From NCBI GenBank assembly GCA_050010475.1, contig JBEKKY010000002.1, positions 1 to 38,591 of the forward strand: DNA of 38,591 nucleotides. Reading direction: 5' to 3'. Numbering within the stretch: position 1 is the first letter of the stretch; each line of letters opens with the position of its first letter. Below the pieces are notes generated by a model that saw nothing but the letters and a program-made list of their open reading frames with translations, made no database searches and was not told where the DNA came from. The position numbers and the translations under genes were made by a program. Positions 22,801-31,985 of the stretch are shown here, piece by piece. This DNA comes from Acidobacteriota bacterium (GTDB taxonomy: Bacteria > Acidobacteriota > UBA6911).

Positions 22801-25065
22801 TTAATAAAACTGAATATTGAATGTGCGCAGGATCCAGCTAAGAGCGGCTCCTACTAAAATCGCAAAGGGCACAATAAAGCCCGTGATCGCCAGCGCCCGC
22901 TTCAATCCCTGCTCTTTAATAATCACAAGAAAGCTGGCCAGGCAGGGTACAAACAATGTGATCACAACCAGGCTGACGACCACTTGCTGCCCGTTCAAAA
23001 GACCTTTTCTCGCAAGATCGTAAAGGCCTGCCGCGCCGTAATCGCGGCGCAGGAACCCGAGCAGGAAAATTCCGGCTGCATCTCTCGGCAAATGCAATAA
23101 GCCGGAAAGCAGCGGCGCCATCGCAGCCTGAACCCAGCCGAGCAGGCTGCGTCCATCCACATGGACAGCATCCAACACGAAAAGAGCCAGCGTCCCCACG
23201 AGGAAAAGAGGAACCGCTTCCTTCAAATACCATTGAACGCGATACCACGTCTTCAATGCGACGTTCTTGAATTGAGGGATGCGGATAGGCGGAATTTCGA
23301 AAATAAATTCGCTGGGCTTGCCACGGATGAGCTTTGAGGAAAGAAAGCCGACCAGCAGGAGCTGAGACGCAACCACTGCAAGAACGGTCAGTATGGCCCT
23401 TTGTGAAAAGGCGGCCGCGATGCCCATCATCACCCCAAGTTGGGCCGAACAGGGGATCCCCAATGCCAGAAGCAGAATGGTGATGAGCCGCTCCCTTTTT
23501 GAACTGAGAATCCGGGTGGACATGGTGGCCATCGTGCCGCAGCCAAAACCAAGGACCATCGGGAGAACGGCTTTTCCATTCAGTCCCATAATCCGCATGA
23601 GGCGGTCCGAGAGAATCGAAAGCCTGGGCAAATACCCGCTGTCTTCGAGCAGACCAAAGGCGATGAAGAAAGTCCCCACGACCGGCATCACGATGCCGAT
23701 GGCATAAGTCAATCCCATGGACACTAGTCCGTATTTACCTGCGATCAGCTCCGCGAAGAAGCCGGAAGGAAGCAGCCTGCGCAGCAAAGGAACGAAGTAT
23801 TCACCGAACAGCACCTTTTCTATCAGTCCCACAAGCGTCTGCGCGCCCGTATAGCCGACGAACTCGTAAAGCATCACCAGGACTCCGAGGAGTATCGGAA
23901 TCCCGGTCGAGGCTCGCCGCGTCATGATCCCCAACTCGTGAACGAAGGCCCGGCTGCGCGACAACAGCATCCCAAGCGGAATGATTACGGGCGCAATCAG
24001 AAGCAGAAAATGAATCGTCTCCGGTACAAGTCCATATTCAAAGCGTCCGGAGGAGTTTTTGCCCAGCAATATGCTGCGAAGCAATCCCGCACCAGGGTAC
24101 CCTGTGCCCAATGACCCATCCAGCCAGTTCACGACCGTGTGTAGGATCACCGTAAAAGGAGTCCTGATCCGCAAAAGGCCTCCGATTTCATTCCAGACAA
24201 ACAAGAGCAATCCACAGACCAACAATCCGAGCCAGATCCTTTTGCTTGCGCTGGATTCCTCGACGAAACGGCTTACCCGTTTTTTCTTGAACAGTGGGAC
24301 CGACCGGTCGAGCAGTCTGTTTCTGATCTCGGCTATTTCCTTGGCGGGACTTGTGTGGCTGGAAGTGCGGTATCTCTCCTGCCATTCTCTCAATTGCGTG
24401 ATAGCCTGTTCGCCGCGGGCCGAAGCGAGGGCGCGCACGAGCTCGCGATCTCCTTCGGCCAGCCATTCAATCGACAACAGCGCGGGAGCAGACAGGCCAT
24501 GAAGCGATTGGATTGTTTTCGCTTCCCCAGGATTGCCCTGCAGAGGATTCCGGGGCGTCTTTGGATTTTGAATCGCATTTAAAAGCTGTCTTCGGCCCCT
24601 GGAATAGATAGCCACAGTCTCCACGACAGGAATGCGAAAGAAATCCGAAAGAGCCTGGGAATCAATCTCAATTCCACGCTCTTCCGCTTCGTCGATCATG
24701 TTCAAAACCAGCACCATCGGAATTCCGAATTCCACCAGTTGGGAGGCGATCAGAAGAGTGCGGCGCATGTTTTTGGCGTCAGCGACCTGAATGATCAAAT
24801 CCGGATTCTCGCGCAGCAGAATTTCACAGGCTACCCGCTCGTCCTCGGATTGGGGAACAAGGCTATTAACTCCCGGGGTATCAATTACTTCATAACCAAC
24901 TTCCCCAAGCTGCATATGTCCGCGAGATACTTCGACGGTGGTTCCGGGAAAGTTCGAGACAACGACGTAACTGCCGGTTAACAGCCTGAAGATAACTGAC
25001 TTGCCAACATTGGGATTTCCTACCAGAATAACTTTTTTTGAATCAGGTAGAGTTGGGGTCCCCAT
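22801..25065 (-). CDS. feoB: Ferrous iron transporter FeoB
   Basis: N-terminal G domain (VILVGNPNVGKSVIF, DTPG) followed by a large polytopic membrane domain; 754 aa. Confidence 0.9.
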   Translation of the reverse strand: MGTPTLPDSKKVILVGNPNVGKSVIFRLLTGSYVVVSNFPGTTVEVSRGHMQLGEVGYEVIDTPGVNSLVPQSEDERVACEILLRENPDLIIQVADAKNMRRTLLIASQLVEFGIPMVLVLNMIDEAEERGIEIDSQALSDFFRIPVVETVAIYSRGRRQLLNAIQNPKTPRNPLQGNPGEAKTIQSLHGLSAPALLSIEWLAEGDRELVRALASARGEQAITQLREWQERYRTSSHTSPAKEIAEIRNRLLDRSVPLFKKKRVSRFVEESSASKRIWLGLLVCGLLLFVWNEIGGLLRIRTPFTVILHTVVNWLDGSLGTGYPGAGLLRSILLGKNSSGRFEYGLVPETIHFLLLIAPVIIPLGMLLSRSRAFVHELGIMTRRASTGIPILLGVLVMLYEFVGYTGAQTLVGLIEKVLFGEYFVPLLRRLLPSGFFAELIAGKYGLVSMGLTYAIGIVMPVVGTFFIAFGLLEDSGYLPRLSILSDRLMRIMGLNGKAVLPMVLGFGCGTMATMSTRILSSKRERLITILLLALGIPCSAQLGVMMGIAAAFSQRAILTVLAVVASQLLLVGFLSSKLIRGKPSEFIFEIPPIRIPQFKNVALKTWYRVQWYLKEAVPLFLVGTLALFVLDAVHVDGRSLLGWVQAAMAPLLSGLLHLPRDAAGIFLLGFLRRDYGAAGLYDLARKGLLNGQQVVVSLVVITLFVPCLASFLVIIKEQGLKRALAITGFIVPFAILVGAALSWILRTFNIQFY

Positions 25066-25261
25066 CGCTTGAAAACTTTCTTGAAAGCGGATTTCATTCT
25101 AACCCCACGATCATATCAGAAGTCGGGGAAAATAGAAGCAAGAAGCGGTGAAGCCAGAAGCCGACAGACGAGAAGCATGGGAACGCCGATGGCGAAGGCC
25201 TTTATTCTGGCTCCTTGTTTCTAAGTTCCTGACCACTATAATTCCTTTCAGGAGTGGAACG

Positions 25262-26875
25262 TTGAAAGACAATCGAACGCAATGGCTGGAGCTGTTGGAA
25301 GCCTTTACGGCTGGTGAGAGTCAATTACGCCAGGGGGGTGGGCCGGAAAACATCGAAAGACAGCATGCTAAGAATCGGCTGACAGCGCGAGAACGGATCG
25401 ATCGTCTGATCAATGCCGGCTCGCATTTTTTCGAGCTGGCGATATTTGCCGCGCATGAAATGTATGAGGAGTGGGGAGGCGCACCCTCTGCCGGTGTGGT
25501 TACGGGGATTGGCGAGGTGGAGCATCGACTTTTCATGATCATTGCGAATGACGCAACGGTGAAGGCCGGCTCCTTCTTTCCTATGACCGCGAAAAAGGTG
25601 CTGCGCGCGCAACGCATCGCAATGGATAACCACCTGCCTCTGATTTACCTCGTTGATTCGGCGGGAGTGTTTCTGCCTTTGCAGGACGAAGTCTTTCCGG
25701 ATGAGGATGATTTTGGGCGGATATTCAGGAATAACGCGCGGCTGTCGGCAATGGGGATTCCCCAGATCGCGGCCATTATGGGGAGTTGCGTCGCCGGAGG
25801 TGCATACCTCCCGGTGATGTCGGACAAGATACTGATGACCGAAGGGAGCGGGTTGTACATCGCGGGCCCCTCCCTGGTAAAGGCTGCAATCGGGCAGGAT
25901 CTCACCAGCGAAGATCTTGGCGGCGCGCTCCTGCATTCAAAATTCAGCGGCACGGTTGATTTCCGGGAGAAAGATGATGCTGCCTGCATCCGGAGAATCC
26001 GCCAAATTGCATCCTTGATGGGCCGCCCATCGCGTGCCCCTTTTCAGCACATTGATTCTCAGGAACCGGCCGTTTCCGCAGAAGAAATCCTCGACTTGAT
26101 GCCGACAGATCCTTCGAGCGAATACGACATCCGCAAAATCATTGCCTGTTTCGCGGATAAGAGCGAGTTTATCGAATACAAGGCTGAATTTGGCAAGTCG
26201 CTGGTGTGCGGGTATGCGCGCATCGGCGGCTGGTCGGTCGGAATCGTAGCCAGCAATAAGGCCCACAATCGTGAGCTGGGAAAACCTTTTGAGGTCGGCG
26301 GCGTCATTTACGCGGACGCGGCGGATAAGGCCGCCCGGTTTGTAATGGACTGCAATGAAAACCTGATCCCTTTAATTTTTTTGCACGACGTCAACGGATT
26401 CATGGTGGGGAGGGATGCGGAAATCTCCGGGATCATCCGGTCAGGTGCAAAACTCGTAAATGTGGTCGCCAACAGTGTCGTGCCGAAGATCACTTTAATT
26501 CTGGGAGGAAGCTATGGTGCGGGGCACTACGCGTTGTGCGGCAAAGCATATGATCCGCGTTTCATATTTGCATGGCCGACCGCAAGGTACGCGGTGATGG
26601 CCGGTGCATCGGCAGCCCGTACTCTGGCCGATATCCGGGTGCGGCAGGAAGAGCAAAAAGGAAGAGAGCTCTCCCGCGAGGAAAAAGATCACATCCTGAC
26701 AAGCATTGAAGCGCAATATACCGCCGCTCTGGACCCGCGCTATGCGGCCGCTCGTCTTTGGGTAGACAAGATCATTTCACCGCTGGAAACAAGAAAGGCG
26801 CTGATTCTCACGCTGGAGGTCGCAGCCCACAACCCGGTTGTTGAACCCTTTAAAACCGGCGTCCTTCAGGTCTAA
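25262..26875 (+). CDS. Acyl-CoA carboxylase carboxyltransferase (beta) subunit, methylcrotonyl-/propionyl-CoA carboxylase type
   Basis: Carboxyltransferase blocks (LTARERIDRLI, ANDATVKAGSFFP, MGSCVAGGAYLP, GGSYGAGHYA). I prefer the TTG at 25262 with aggag 8 nt upstream. The GTG at 25148 in the ORF track adds 38 aa read from an AGAAGC repeat tract. Confidence 0.8.
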   Translation: MKDNRTQWLELLEAFTAGESQLRQGGGPENIERQHAKNRLTARERIDRLINAGSHFFELAIFAAHEMYEEWGGAPSAGVVTGIGEVEHRLFMIIANDATVKAGSFFPMTAKKVLRAQRIAMDNHLPLIYLVDSAGVFLPLQDEVFPDEDDFGRIFRNNARLSAMGIPQIAAIMGSCVAGGAYLPVMSDKILMTEGSGLYIAGPSLVKAAIGQDLTSEDLGGALLHSKFSGTVDFREKDDAACIRRIRQIASLMGRPSRAPFQHIDSQEPAVSAEEILDLMPTDPSSEYDIRKIIACFADKSEFIEYKAEFGKSLVCGYARIGGWSVGIVASNKAHNRELGKPFEVGGVIYADAADKAARFVMDCNENLIPLIFLHDVNGFMVGRDAEISGIIRSGAKLVNVVANSVVPKITLILGGSYGAGHYALCGKAYDPRFIFAWPTARYAVMAGASAARTLADIRVRQEEQKGRELSREEKDHILTSIEAQYTAALDPRYAAARLWVDKIISPLETRKALILTLEVAAHNPVVEPFKTGVLQV

Positions 26876-26884
26876 AGACGCCGT

Positions 26885-26907
26885 AAAACGGTGACAGCCA
26901 CCGTTTT
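26885..26907. terminator. Palindrome AAAACGGTGACAGCCACCGTTTT after the carboxyltransferase gene and 25 nt before dinB; a terminator-like member of the GGTGACAG family
   Basis: Stem aaaacggtg / caccgtttt with loop acagc and a T-run downstream. It is near-identical to 9580-9601. Confidence 0.5.
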
Positions 26908-26931
26908 GCTGATTTGGGATACACTGTTTAC

Positions 26932-28113
26932 ATGACACGGACAATCCTGCATGTCGACATGGATGCGTTCTATGCGGCGGTCGAGCAAAGAGATCATCCC
27001 GAATATCGGGGGAAACCGGTCATTGTGGGTTCAGATCCCAAACAGGGCAAAGGCCGCGGCATTGTTGCCACCTGTTCCTATGAAGCCCGGAAATTCGGAG
27101 TGCATTCGGCGCAGCCGATTTCCCAAGCCTGGAGATTATGTCCGCAAGGAATCTACGTCCTGCCGGACATGGAAAAATACGGGCGCGTCTCGATGCGGAT
27201 AATGGATTTGCTGTTGGAATTCACGGATTCGATCGAGCAGGTCAGTATTGATGAAGCTTTTCTGGATGTCACGGGAAGCGAAAAGCTCTTTGGCAGCGGA
27301 CCGGAGATCGCAGGAAAAATCAAAACCAGGATTCGGGATGAATTGGGCTTGACCGCCTCAATAGGAGTGGCGGCGAACAAGTTCACTGCAAAAGTCGCCT
27401 CCGATCTTAATAAACCGGACGGATTGGTAATTGTGGAGCCGGGGCACGAAAAGGAGTTTCTGGCCCCGCTTCCCGTAGGACGGTTATGGGGGGTCGGACC
27501 TAAGTTGGAGGCCAGCCTTAGACAGGCGGGACTGGAGCGGATTGGACAGATTGCAGCCCTGTCGCACAGCGATTTCACTTCAGGATTCGGGAAGGCCGGC
27601 GCGCACCTCTGGCAACTGTCTCAGGGGATCGATGATCGTCCTGTTTTTCCGGATGAAGGCTACAAATCTATCGGACACGAGATCACTTTCGAACATGACA
27701 CCGCAGATCCCGAGATGTTACACCGAACTCTTCTTGAACTTTCGGAGAAGGTGGCCCAGCGACTTCGATCCAATGGAGCGAGGGCACGAATGATTGCGAT
27801 AAAATTTCGCGAGGCTGATTTCTCGACATTCACCCGACGGACAACCTTGAATGCCCCCGTAAATACAAGCGAGGGTATTTTCACAGTCGCGGAAAAATTA
27901 ATGAAAACATTGTTGCGCGAAGGTGCGCTTGTCCGTCTAATCGGTGTTTATGCCGGCAACCTCGAAATTGAAACCGGCGGTATGCAAATGTCCTTGCTCA
28001 ATCCGGCGTCGCAAAAGGATCAGAAACTTGCGTTCGCAATGGACAACATAGTCCATCGTTTTGGGGTGCGAGCGATCACTCGCGCCGCGTTGGTGCCGAA
28101 AAAAAAGGATTGA
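26932..28113 (+). CDS. dinB: DNA polymerase IV
   Basis: ILHVDMDAFYAAVEQRD and SIDEAFLDVTGS retain the catalytic Asp and Asp-Glu positions; GVGPK helix-hairpin-helix. I prefer the ATG at 26932. Confidence 0.9.
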   Translation: MTRTILHVDMDAFYAAVEQRDHPEYRGKPVIVGSDPKQGKGRGIVATCSYEARKFGVHSAQPISQAWRLCPQGIYVLPDMEKYGRVSMRIMDLLLEFTDSIEQVSIDEAFLDVTGSEKLFGSGPEIAGKIKTRIRDELGLTASIGVAANKFTAKVASDLNKPDGLVIVEPGHEKEFLAPLPVGRLWGVGPKLEASLRQAGLERIGQIAALSHSDFTSGFGKAGAHLWQLSQGIDDRPVFPDEGYKSIGHEITFEHDTADPEMLHRTLLELSEKVAQRLRSNGARARMIAIKFREADFSTFTRRTTLNAPVNTSEGIFTVAEKLMKTLLREGALVRLIGVYAGNLEIETGGMQMSLLNPASQKDQKLAFAMDNIVHRFGVRAITRAALVPKKKD

Positions 28114-28117
28114 CGCC

Positions 28118-28218
28118 CCGGGAGCGCCGGCGTCTCGCCGGCTGGTTTGCAGGTTTAGAAAGCTGCAATGCTCCTTGTACGCAGTGAAAAAGCCGGCGGG
28201 ACGCCGGCGCTCCCGGCG
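28118..28218. repeat. Second REPIN-like GGGAGCGCCGGCG element, with its spacer inverted relative to the copy at 11781-11878
   Basis: The left unit 28118-28142 and right unit 28192-28218 are reverse complements with 1 mismatch. The 49-nt spacer aligns with the reverse complement of the 11807-11852 spacer (tttgcag, ctgcaatgctc, cgcagt blocks). Confidence 0.8.
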
Positions 28219-28285
28219 ACTTTTCACGCCCTCCGTTTAACGGTTGATGTTATTATCAATACTTTTGCAAAGGAAGGCGTTGGGC

Positions 28286-29596
28286 ATGATTCGCATTTTT
28301 AACGAAAGAGACAAGGCCAAGCTCTTTGCCCGTCTTGAGAGTCGCAGGAACCTGGTTTCTCATGACATCGTCGGAACCGTGCGCCAGATCGTCTCGCAGG
28401 TGCAGAAAGAAGGGGATCGGGCGCTTCTCAAATTCACGGAGAAGTTCGACAAAATCAAAATGACTGCGCGGCAGTTGCGTGTGCGCCATCAAACATTGCA
28501 CGCGGCTGCCAAAAAGGCGGATCCCTCCCTCGTGAGAGATCTGGAAAAGGCGATCTTTAATATCCACGCGTATCATGCCCGACAGATACAAAAATCCTGG
28601 GAGTACAGCAAACGAGGGGTCGTCCTGGGGCAGAGGGTGCTGCCTTTGGACAGTGTGGGCGTCTATGTGCCGGGAGGAAGCGCCGCGTATCCCTCATCGG
28701 TTTTGATGAACATAATTCCCGCGAAAATTGCCGGTGTCCCCCGCATCGTCGTCGTGACACCGCCCGGCACATTTCAGCAGAATCCTCTGGTTGCCGCGGC
28801 ATTGCATGAGCTGAATGCGACCGAGGTGTACACAGTTGGGGGTGCTCAGGCCATCGCGGCGCTGGCTTTCGGTACCGATACGATTCCCCGTGTCGACAAA
28901 ATCGTCGGTCCGGGCAATGCGTATGTGACGGCCGCTAAGCGCGAGGTTTTTGGCGAGGTGGATATCGATATGATCGCGGGGCCCAGCGAGGTGGTCATCC
29001 TGGCCTCGGCGGAATCCAATCCGCGCTTCATCGCGGCGGATATGCTCTCCCAGGCGGAGCACGATGCAGCGGCCTGCTCGATCTGCTTTACGAACTCTCT
29101 GCCCCACGCGATGCTTGTGCAGCGCGAATTGGAAGTTCAGATCGAATCGCTACAGAGAAAAGAGATTGCCAGGAAATCGCTGGAAAATTTCGGGGCGATC
29201 GTGATTATGGACAGCTACATTCAATCAACCCACTGGATCAATGAGATCGCGCCGGAGCATCTGGAGATATTTGCGAGCATCCCGCCATCCGCCATCGACA
29301 TGGTCCGGAATGCCGGATCCATTTTCTACGGCGACTACTCTCCTGAAGCCGTTGGAGATTATTTCGCGGGGAGCAACCACGTTCTCCCGACCGGCGGAAC
29401 GGCGCGCTTCTTCTCGCCCCTTGGCGTCTACCATTTCCAGCGAAGGACGGGCATCATCCGGTATACGAAAGAAGAGCTGTCCCGCACTTGGAAATCCATC
29501 GATGCGCTGGCGCGATCCGAAGGATTGGATGCCCACGCGAAATCTGTCAGCATCCGACAAGAAGCCGGTGGATCCCCGTTGGATAAGGAATCATAG
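28286..29596 (+). CDS. hisD: Histidinol dehydrogenase
   Basis: Family blocks YVPGGSAAYPSSVLMN, IAGPSEVVI, SQAEHD and GDYFAGSNHVLPT. The ATG at 28286 follows aggaagg. Confidence 0.9.
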   Translation: MIRIFNERDKAKLFARLESRRNLVSHDIVGTVRQIVSQVQKEGDRALLKFTEKFDKIKMTARQLRVRHQTLHAAAKKADPSLVRDLEKAIFNIHAYHARQIQKSWEYSKRGVVLGQRVLPLDSVGVYVPGGSAAYPSSVLMNIIPAKIAGVPRIVVVTPPGTFQQNPLVAAALHELNATEVYTVGGAQAIAALAFGTDTIPRVDKIVGPGNAYVTAAKREVFGEVDIDMIAGPSEVVILASAESNPRFIAADMLSQAEHDAAACSICFTNSLPHAMLVQRELEVQIESLQRKEIARKSLENFGAIVIMDSYIQSTHWINEIAPEHLEIFASIPPSAIDMVRNAGSIFYGDYSPEAVGDYFAGSNHVLPTGGTARFFSPLGVYHFQRRTGIIRYTKEELSRTWKSIDALARSEGLDAHAKSVSIRQEAGGSPLDKES

Positions 29597-29598
29597 CC

Positions 29599-30750
29599 GT
29601 GAGAAAGAATTCCCCTCTTTATGGCGTGAAATCCCAGGTTCTGAAAGTGCCTGCCTACACGCTGCACGCCTACGAAGCGGAAGTGAAGCTCAATCAGAAC
29701 GAGAATCCTTATGATTTTCCCGGTGACCTCAAGGAGGAAGCATTCCGTCGCTTCCGAAACCGCAGCTGGTCCCGTTATCCTGATTTCGTACCCGATTCGC
29801 TTCGGCTCCGGGTTGCCGGGTTTGCCGGGTGGCAAAAGGACGGTGTTCTGATTGGGAATGGCTCGAATGAGCTGCTCCAGTCGGCTTTGACTGTGTTGAT
29901 CAAGAGCCGAACCCGGGTTGCCATTCCGGCCCCGACCTTTACCGTGTATCGCCTGATTGCGAAAGTGTTGGGCGCCCGGATCGTCGATATTCTTTTAAAT
30001 CCGGATCTGACCTACAACGTCGACGACCTCATCGCAAAGTCCCGGGAATCGGGCGCGGGAGTTCTGATTATCAATTCTCCCAACAATCCGACCGGATCGG
30101 TATTGAAGAATGAGGATCTGAAACGAATCCTGGAGCAGTTCTCCGGTCACGTATTGCTGGATGAGGCGTATTACGAGTTCTGGGGCCGCACGGCAATAGA
30201 GCTGCTCAAGGATTTCCCCAGGTTGATCATCACCAGGACTTTCTCGAAAGCGATGGGGATGGCCAGTCTGAGAGTGGGATACTTGCTGGCGCACCCGGAC
30301 CTCGCCGCCCAGATTTCGAAGGCGAAGTTGCCGTATAACGTCAACCAGTTCAGCCTGACGGCTGCGGAAGTTGCACTGGAAAATGTCGAACGGTTCCGCC
30401 CGGCTATTGAAGCCGTTCTCAAGGAAAGAGACCGCCTGGCCACAGAACTCAGTCGCGTGCCTGGTCTTAAAGTTTATCCCTCCGAAGCTAATTTTTTCAC
30501 CGTCGAAGTTTCGGTGTCGCCGCGGCTGGTTTTCGAGAGTTTGTACGGGCAGGGAATCCTGATTCGAGATGTCTCTTCATATCCGATGCTCTCGAAGTGC
30601 CTGCGAATCAGTGTCGGCACGCCGGATGAAAACAATCGACTCTTATCCGCGCTCCATGCCGCTATGAGTGCCAGAGCGATGGAGGCATCGCGAGCGCCTG
30701 GGGATCCACATGAACGGACGAACAGCAACGATAACCCGAAACACCAGTGA
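29599..30750 (+). CDS. hisC: Histidinol-phosphate aminotransferase
   Basis: KLNQNENPY opening and the PLP-lysine block TFSKAMGMASLRVGY. GTG start 2 nt after the hisD stop. The 3' end overlaps hisB by 41 nt. Confidence 0.9.
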   Translation: MRKNSPLYGVKSQVLKVPAYTLHAYEAEVKLNQNENPYDFPGDLKEEAFRRFRNRSWSRYPDFVPDSLRLRVAGFAGWQKDGVLIGNGSNELLQSALTVLIKSRTRVAIPAPTFTVYRLIAKVLGARIVDILLNPDLTYNVDDLIAKSRESGAGVLIINSPNNPTGSVLKNEDLKRILEQFSGHVLLDEAYYEFWGRTAIELLKDFPRLIITRTFSKAMGMASLRVGYLLAHPDLAAQISKAKLPYNVNQFSLTAAEVALENVERFRPAIEAVLKERDRLATELSRVPGLKVYPSEANFFTVEVSVSPRLVFESLYGQGILIRDVSSYPMLSKCLRISVGTPDENNRLLSALHAAMSARAMEASRAPGDPHERTNSNDNPKHQ

Positions 30751-31300
30751 GACAAATGTGTCGGTCATACTGAATCTTGACGGGACCGGCGTCAGCAACA
30801 TTCAGACCGGGGTCCAGTTTTTAGACCATATGCTCGCTCTATTTGCGAAGCATGGGATCTTCGACCTGGATGTCTCCTGCAAAGGAGATCTCGGCGTCGA
30901 CGCCCATCATTCCGTAGAGGACATCGGCATCTGTCTCGGGTTGGCATTGGAAAAGGCTCTTGGCGATAAGAAGGGAATTGTTCGATTCGCCCATTCCTAT
31001 TTTCCGATGGATGAAACTCTGGTCCGGGTGGCAGTGGACCTGTCGGGAAGGCCGTTCCTTGTCTATAACCTGAGAGTGGAACGGGAGCGTGTAGGAGAGC
31101 TGGATTCGGATCTCATTGAGGAGTTCTGGAAAGCGGTTATCACTCACGCCCGCCTGAATCTTCATATTGAGTTGCTTTACGGGCGCAATACCCACCACAT
31201 TTTTGAATCGGTGTTTAAGGCTGCAGGCCGCGCTCTGGAGCTTGCAACCCGCATGGATCCCCGCATTCAAGGTATTCCGTCCACGAAGGGAGTCCTCTAG
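30710..31300 (+). CDS. hisB: Imidazoleglycerol-phosphate dehydratase
   Basis: RNTSETNVSV, DAHHSVEDIGICLG and GRNTHHIFESVFKA motifs. Confidence 0.9.
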   Translation: MNGRTATITRNTSETNVSVILNLDGTGVSNIQTGVQFLDHMLALFAKHGIFDLDVSCKGDLGVDAHHSVEDIGICLGLALEKALGDKKGIVRFAHSYFPMDETLVRVAVDLSGRPFLVYNLRVERERVGELDSDLIEEFWKAVITHARLNLHIELLYGRNTHHIFESVFKAAGRALELATRMDPRIQGIPSTKGVL

Positions 31301-31301
31301 C

Positions 31302-31922
31302 TTGGTGGATTCTGTTGAGACGGTAATCATTGACTATGGAATGGGAAACCTCCGAAGTGTGGAAAAAGCCGTCCAGGCTGTGGGTGGCCATCCTCTGATT
31401 TCTGGTGATCCTCAGGTGGTACTGCAGGCCGACCGGCTGATACTCCCGGGCGTTGGGGCGTTCGGCGACGCCATGGGGAATTTGCGCCGGCAAGGATTGG
31501 ATAACGCAATTCGGTCCGCGACGAGCTGCGGAAAGCCGCTCCTCGGACTGTGTCTCGGACTTCAGTTGCTTTTCACGCAAAGTGAGGAATTCGGCCATCA
31601 CGAGGGGTTGGATCTCATACCGGGAAAGGTGAAAAGATTCGACGACCCCGGCTTACGCGTGCCGCATGTGGGATGGAATCAGATTGAAGGAATTCGGCCG
31701 GATCCGCTTTTAAATGATATCGGGGAAGGAAGCTATTTTTATTTTGTCCATTCCTACTACGTGGAACCGGATAGACCCGAAGACGTTCTTCGCTGGACGG
31801 CCTATGGCCGTCGCTTCTGCTCGATTGCCTGCAGGGATAAGGTCTGGGGGGCCCAATTCCATCCTGAAAAGAGCCAGGATTCCGGCAAAAAGCTTTTACA
31901 CAATTTCCTGGCGATCCAGTAG
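31302..31922 (+). CDS. hisH: Imidazole glycerol phosphate synthase, glutamine amidotransferase subunit
   Basis: IIDYGMGNLRSV, LPGVGAFG, GLCLGLQLL (catalytic Cys) and QFHPEKS. The TTG at 31302 (or GTG at 31305) directly follows the hisB stop. Confidence 0.88.
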   Translation: MVDSVETVIIDYGMGNLRSVEKAVQAVGGHPLISGDPQVVLQADRLILPGVGAFGDAMGNLRRQGLDNAIRSATSCGKPLLGLCLGLQLLFTQSEEFGHHEGLDLIPGKVKRFDDPGLRVPHVGWNQIEGIRPDPLLNDIGEGSYFYFVHSYYVEPDRPEDVLRWTAYGRRFCSIACRDKVWGAQFHPEKSQDSGKKLLHNFLAIQ

Positions 31923-31926
31923 TGTT

Positions 31927-31975
31927 TCGGGTCTTGGAATCTTTGAGGTTAACCTCAAAGATTCCAAGACTCGAG
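31927..31975. repeat. Near-perfect 24-bp palindrome of octamer-like units between hisH and hisA; same AGTGTTTC-led family as 22049-22113
   Basis: tcgggtcttggaatctttgaggtt (31927-31950) pairs with aacctcaaagattccaagactcga (31951-31974) with one mismatch. In both elements the motif AGTGTTTC overlaps the preceding stop codon. Confidence 0.7.
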
Positions 31976-31985
31976 ACGAGGAGTT

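Noticed and set aside
25134-25235. AGAAGC(A/G/C) tandem tract with a weak complementary segment (ttctggct at 25205-25212), and the GTG start at 25148 for the carboxyltransferase.
   Set aside because: Only 8 bp pair convincingly, so I do not call it a hairpin element. The 38 residues this tract would add to the protein (MKPEADRREAWERRW...) look like translated repeat. The TTG at 25262 with an aggag RBS is the more plausible start.
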